DNA from: Antedon mediterranea
Taxonomy: Eukaryota > Animalia > Echinodermata
Direction: 5' to 3'
Assembly (NCBI RefSeq): GCF_964355755.1
Contig: NC_092680.1
Coordinates: 15,137,045 to 15,201,044 of the forward strand
DNA: 64,000 nucleotides
The notes beneath the pieces were generated by a model. The model was not told the origin of the DNA. It did not search any database and saw only the letters and a program-made list of their open reading frames with translations. The translations under genes and the position numbers were made by a program. Below, one piece after another: positions 61,001 to 64,000 of this stretch (position 1 is its first letter; each line of letters opens with the position of its first letter).

Positions 61001-64000
61001 GGGTTATGGGCCCAGCACGCTTCCGCTGCGCCACTCCGCTGGTTGAGTATTCGAAAGAGTTAAAGAGAAATAATTCATGGAAAATGCGAAATACGTGTGA
61101 ATTAAAAACACAAATTAGCAGAGCGAGGTTTCGATCCTCGGACCTCTGGGTTATTGGCCCAGCACGCTTCCGCTGCGCCACTCTGCTGGATGAGTATAAG
61201 AAAGAGTTAAAGAGAAATAATTTATGGAAAATTCGAAGTATGTGTGAATTATAAACACAAATTAGCAGAGCGAGGTTTCGATCCTCGGACCTCTGGGTTA
61301 TGGGCCCAGCACGCTTCCGCTGCGCCACTCTGCTGGTTGAGTATTAGAAAGAGTTAAAGAGAAATAATTTATGGAAAATTCGAAATACGTGTGAATTAAA
61401 AACACAAATTAGCAGAGCGAGGTTTCGATCCTCGGACCTCTGGGTTATTGGCCCAGCACGCTTCCGCTGCGCCACTCTGCTGGTTGAGTATTCTAAAGAG
61501 TTAAAGAGAAACAATTTATGGGAAATTCGAAATACGTGTGAATTAAAAACACAAATTAGCAGAGCGAGGTCTCGATCCTCGGACTTCTGGGTTATGGGTC
61601 CAGCACGCTTCCGCTGCGCCACTCTGCTGGATGAGTATCAGAAAGGGTTAAAGAGAAATAATTTATGGACAATTCGAAATATACGTGTGAATTAAAAGCA
61701 AAACTTAGCAGAGCGAGGTTTCGATCCTCGGACCTCTGGGTTATGGGCCCAGCACGCTTCCGCTGCGCCACTCTGCTGGTTGAGTATTCGAAAGAGTTAA
61801 AGAGAAATAATTCATGGAAAATGCGAAATACGTGTGAATTAAAAACACAAATTAGCAGAGCGAGGTTCCGATCCTCGGACCTCTGGGTTATTGGCCCAGC
61901 ACGCTTCCGCTGCGCCACTCTGCTGGATGAGTATAAGAAAGAGTTAAAGAGAAATAATTTATGGAAAATTCGAAGTATGTGTGAATTATAAACACAAATT
62001 AGCAGAGCGAGGTTTCGATCCTCGGACCTCTGGGTTATGGGCCCAGCACGCTTCCGCTGCGCCACTCTGCTGGTTGAGTATTAGAAAGAGTTAAAGAGAA
62101 ATAATTTATAGAAAATTCGAAATACGTGTGAATTAAAAACACAAATTAGCAGAGCGAGGTTTCGATCCTCGGACCTCTGGGTTATTGGCCCAGCACGCTT
62201 CCGCTGCGCCACTCTGCGGGTTGAGTAATCCAAAGAGTTAAAGAGAAATAATTTATGGAAAATTTGAAATACTTGTGAATTAAAAACACAAATTAGCAGA
62301 GCGAGGTTTCGATCCTCGGACCTCTGGGTTATGGGCCCAGCACGCTTCCGCTGCGCCACTCTGCTGGATGAGTATTAAAAAGAGTTAAAGAGAAATAATT
62401 TATGGAAAATTCGAAATACGTGTGAATTAAAAACACAAATTAACAGAGCGAGGTTTCGATCCTCGGACCTCTGGGTTATGGGACCAGCACGTTTCCGCTG
62501 CGCCACTCTGCTGGTTGAGTATTAGAAAGAGTTAAAGAGAAATAATTATTTATTGAAAATTCGAAATACGTGTGAATTAAAAACACAAATTAGCAGAGCG
62601 AGGTTTCGATCCTCGGACCTCTGGGTTATGGGCCCAGCACGCTTCCGCTGCGCCACTCTGCTGGTTGAGTATTAGAAAGAGTTAAAGAGAAATAATTTAT
62701 GGAAAATTCGAAATACGTGTGAATTAAAAACACAAATTAGCAGAGCGAGGCTTCCGCTGCGCCACTCTGCTGGATGAGTATTAGAAAGAGTTAAAGAGAA
62801 ATAATGTATTGAAAATTCGAAATACGTGTGAATTAAAAACACAAATTAGCAGAGCGAGGTTTCGATCCTCGGACCTCTGGGTTTTGGGCCCAGCACGCTT
62901 TCGCTGCGCCACTCTGCTGGATGAGTATTAGAAAGAGTTAAAGAGAAATAATTTATGGAAAATTCGAAATATACGTGTGAATTAAAAGTAAAACTTAGCA
63001 GAGCGAGGTTTCGATCCTCGGACCTCTGGGTTATGGGCCCAGCACGCTTCCGCTGCGCCACTCTGCTGGATGAGTATAAGAAAGGGTTAAAGAGAAATAA
63101 TTTATGGAAAATTCGAAATATATGTGTGAATTAAAAGGAAAACTTAGCAGAGCGAGGTTTCGATCCTCGGACCTCTGGGTTATGGGCCCAGCACGCTTCC
63201 GCTGCGCCACTCTGCTGGTTGAGTATTCGAAAGAGTTAAAGAGAAATAATTTATGGAAAATTCGAAATATACGTGTGAATTAAAAACAAAACTTAGCAGA
63301 GCGAGGTTTCGATCCTCGATCGGACCTCTGGGTTATGGGCCCAGCACGCTTCCGCTGCGCCACTCTGCTGGATGATTAAAAGAAAGGGTTAAAGAGAAAT
63401 AATTTACGGAAAATTCGAAATATACGTGTGAATTAAAAGCAAAACTTAGCAGAGCGAGGTTTCGATCCTCGGACCTCTGGGTTATGGGCCCAGCACGCTT
63501 CCGCTGCGCCACTCTGCTGGTTAAGTATTCGAAAGAGTTAAAGAGAAATAATTCATGGAAAATGCGAAATACGTGTGAATTAAAAACACAAATTAGCAGA
63601 GCGAGGTTCCGATCCTCGGACCTCTGGGTTATTGGCCCAGCACGCTTCCGCTGCGCCACTCTGCTGGATGAGTATAAGAAAGAGTTAAAGAGAAATAATT
63701 TATGGAAAATTCGAAGTATGTGTGAATTATAAAAACAAATTAGCAGAGTGAGGTTTCGATCCTCGGACCTCTGGGTTATGGGCCCAGCACGCTTCCGCTG
63801 CGCCACTCTGCTGGTTGAGTATTAGAAAGAGTTAAAGAGAAATAATTTATGGAAAATTCGAAATACGTGTGAATTAAAAACACAAATTAGCAGAGCGAGG
63901 TTTCGATCCTCGGACCTCTGGGTCATGGGCCCAGCACGCTTCCGCTGCGCCACTCTGCTGGTTGAGTATTAGAAAGAGTTAAAGAGAAATAATTTATGGA

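Larger units (their letters stand above)
46243..64000 (-). tRNA. tRNA-iMet-CAT: Tandem array of about 120 initiator tRNA-Met (CAT) genes and variants; unit ~147-149 bp (72-bp gene plus ~75-bp AT-rich spacer); continues beyond the window
   Basis: Minus-strand unit AGCAGAGTGGCGCAGCGGAAGCGTGCTGGGCCCATAACCCAGAGGTCCGAGGATCGAAACCTCGCTCTGCTA. It shows A1:U72, three G:C pairs in the anticodon stem, C33 and a GAUC T-loop (A54/A60), all eukaryotic initiator hallmarks. Most units have a TTTTT Pol III terminator ~7 nt downstream. Copy number is estimated as span divided by unit length. Confidence 0.97.

Noticed and set aside
46382-63806. Dozens of repetitive ORFs (MAQRKRAGPITQRSEDRNLALL..., ...RARFRSSDLWVMGPARF...)
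   Set aside because: They are translations of a 147-bp (49-codon) tRNA repeat on both strands; frames break wherever a unit is 149 bp.
46243-64000. CRISPR-like repeat/spacer array
   Set aside because: The spacers are near-identical rather than unique, the repeat is a complete eukaryotic tRNA, there are no cas genes and the context is eukaryotic.
45128-64000. tRNA array lying inside the last SUGP1 intron
   Set aside because: The terminal coding exon NNPRRPYY* is at 45327-45353, before the array starts.

Overview
AT-rich, intron-containing animal genomic DNA. Repeat content and TAGGCCTA-rich tracts suggest a marine invertebrate such as an echinoderm; this is inference only. In order, the window holds: the 3' end of an L2/CR1-type LINE (1-~780); a secreted neurotrophin/Spaetzle-like gene with an apparent frame-disrupting 4-bp duplication (3898-5206, +); Treslin/TICRR (7014-19868, -); a DXO/Dom3Z decapping exoribonuclease (22673-25841, -); a CR1-type LINE fragment; a single-exon class A GPCR (31468-32406, -); and SUGP1 (36399-45353, +), whose intron 7 carries three nested inverted-repeat elements. 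From ~46243 to the window end lies a head-to-tail array of roughly 120 initiator tRNA-Met genes (~147-149 bp unit, - strand). Most notable: (i) amplified initiator-tRNA variants with AAT (10 copies), CAC (10 copies) and CAA (1 copy) anticodons; (ii) a short retroelement-like insertion just upstream of one tRNA; (iii) a neurotrophin-like domain that has lost exactly one cystine-knot disulfide pair. All ORFs in the supplied track beyond 46.2 kb are artefacts of the tRNA repeat. Gene models and copy counts were read by eye.
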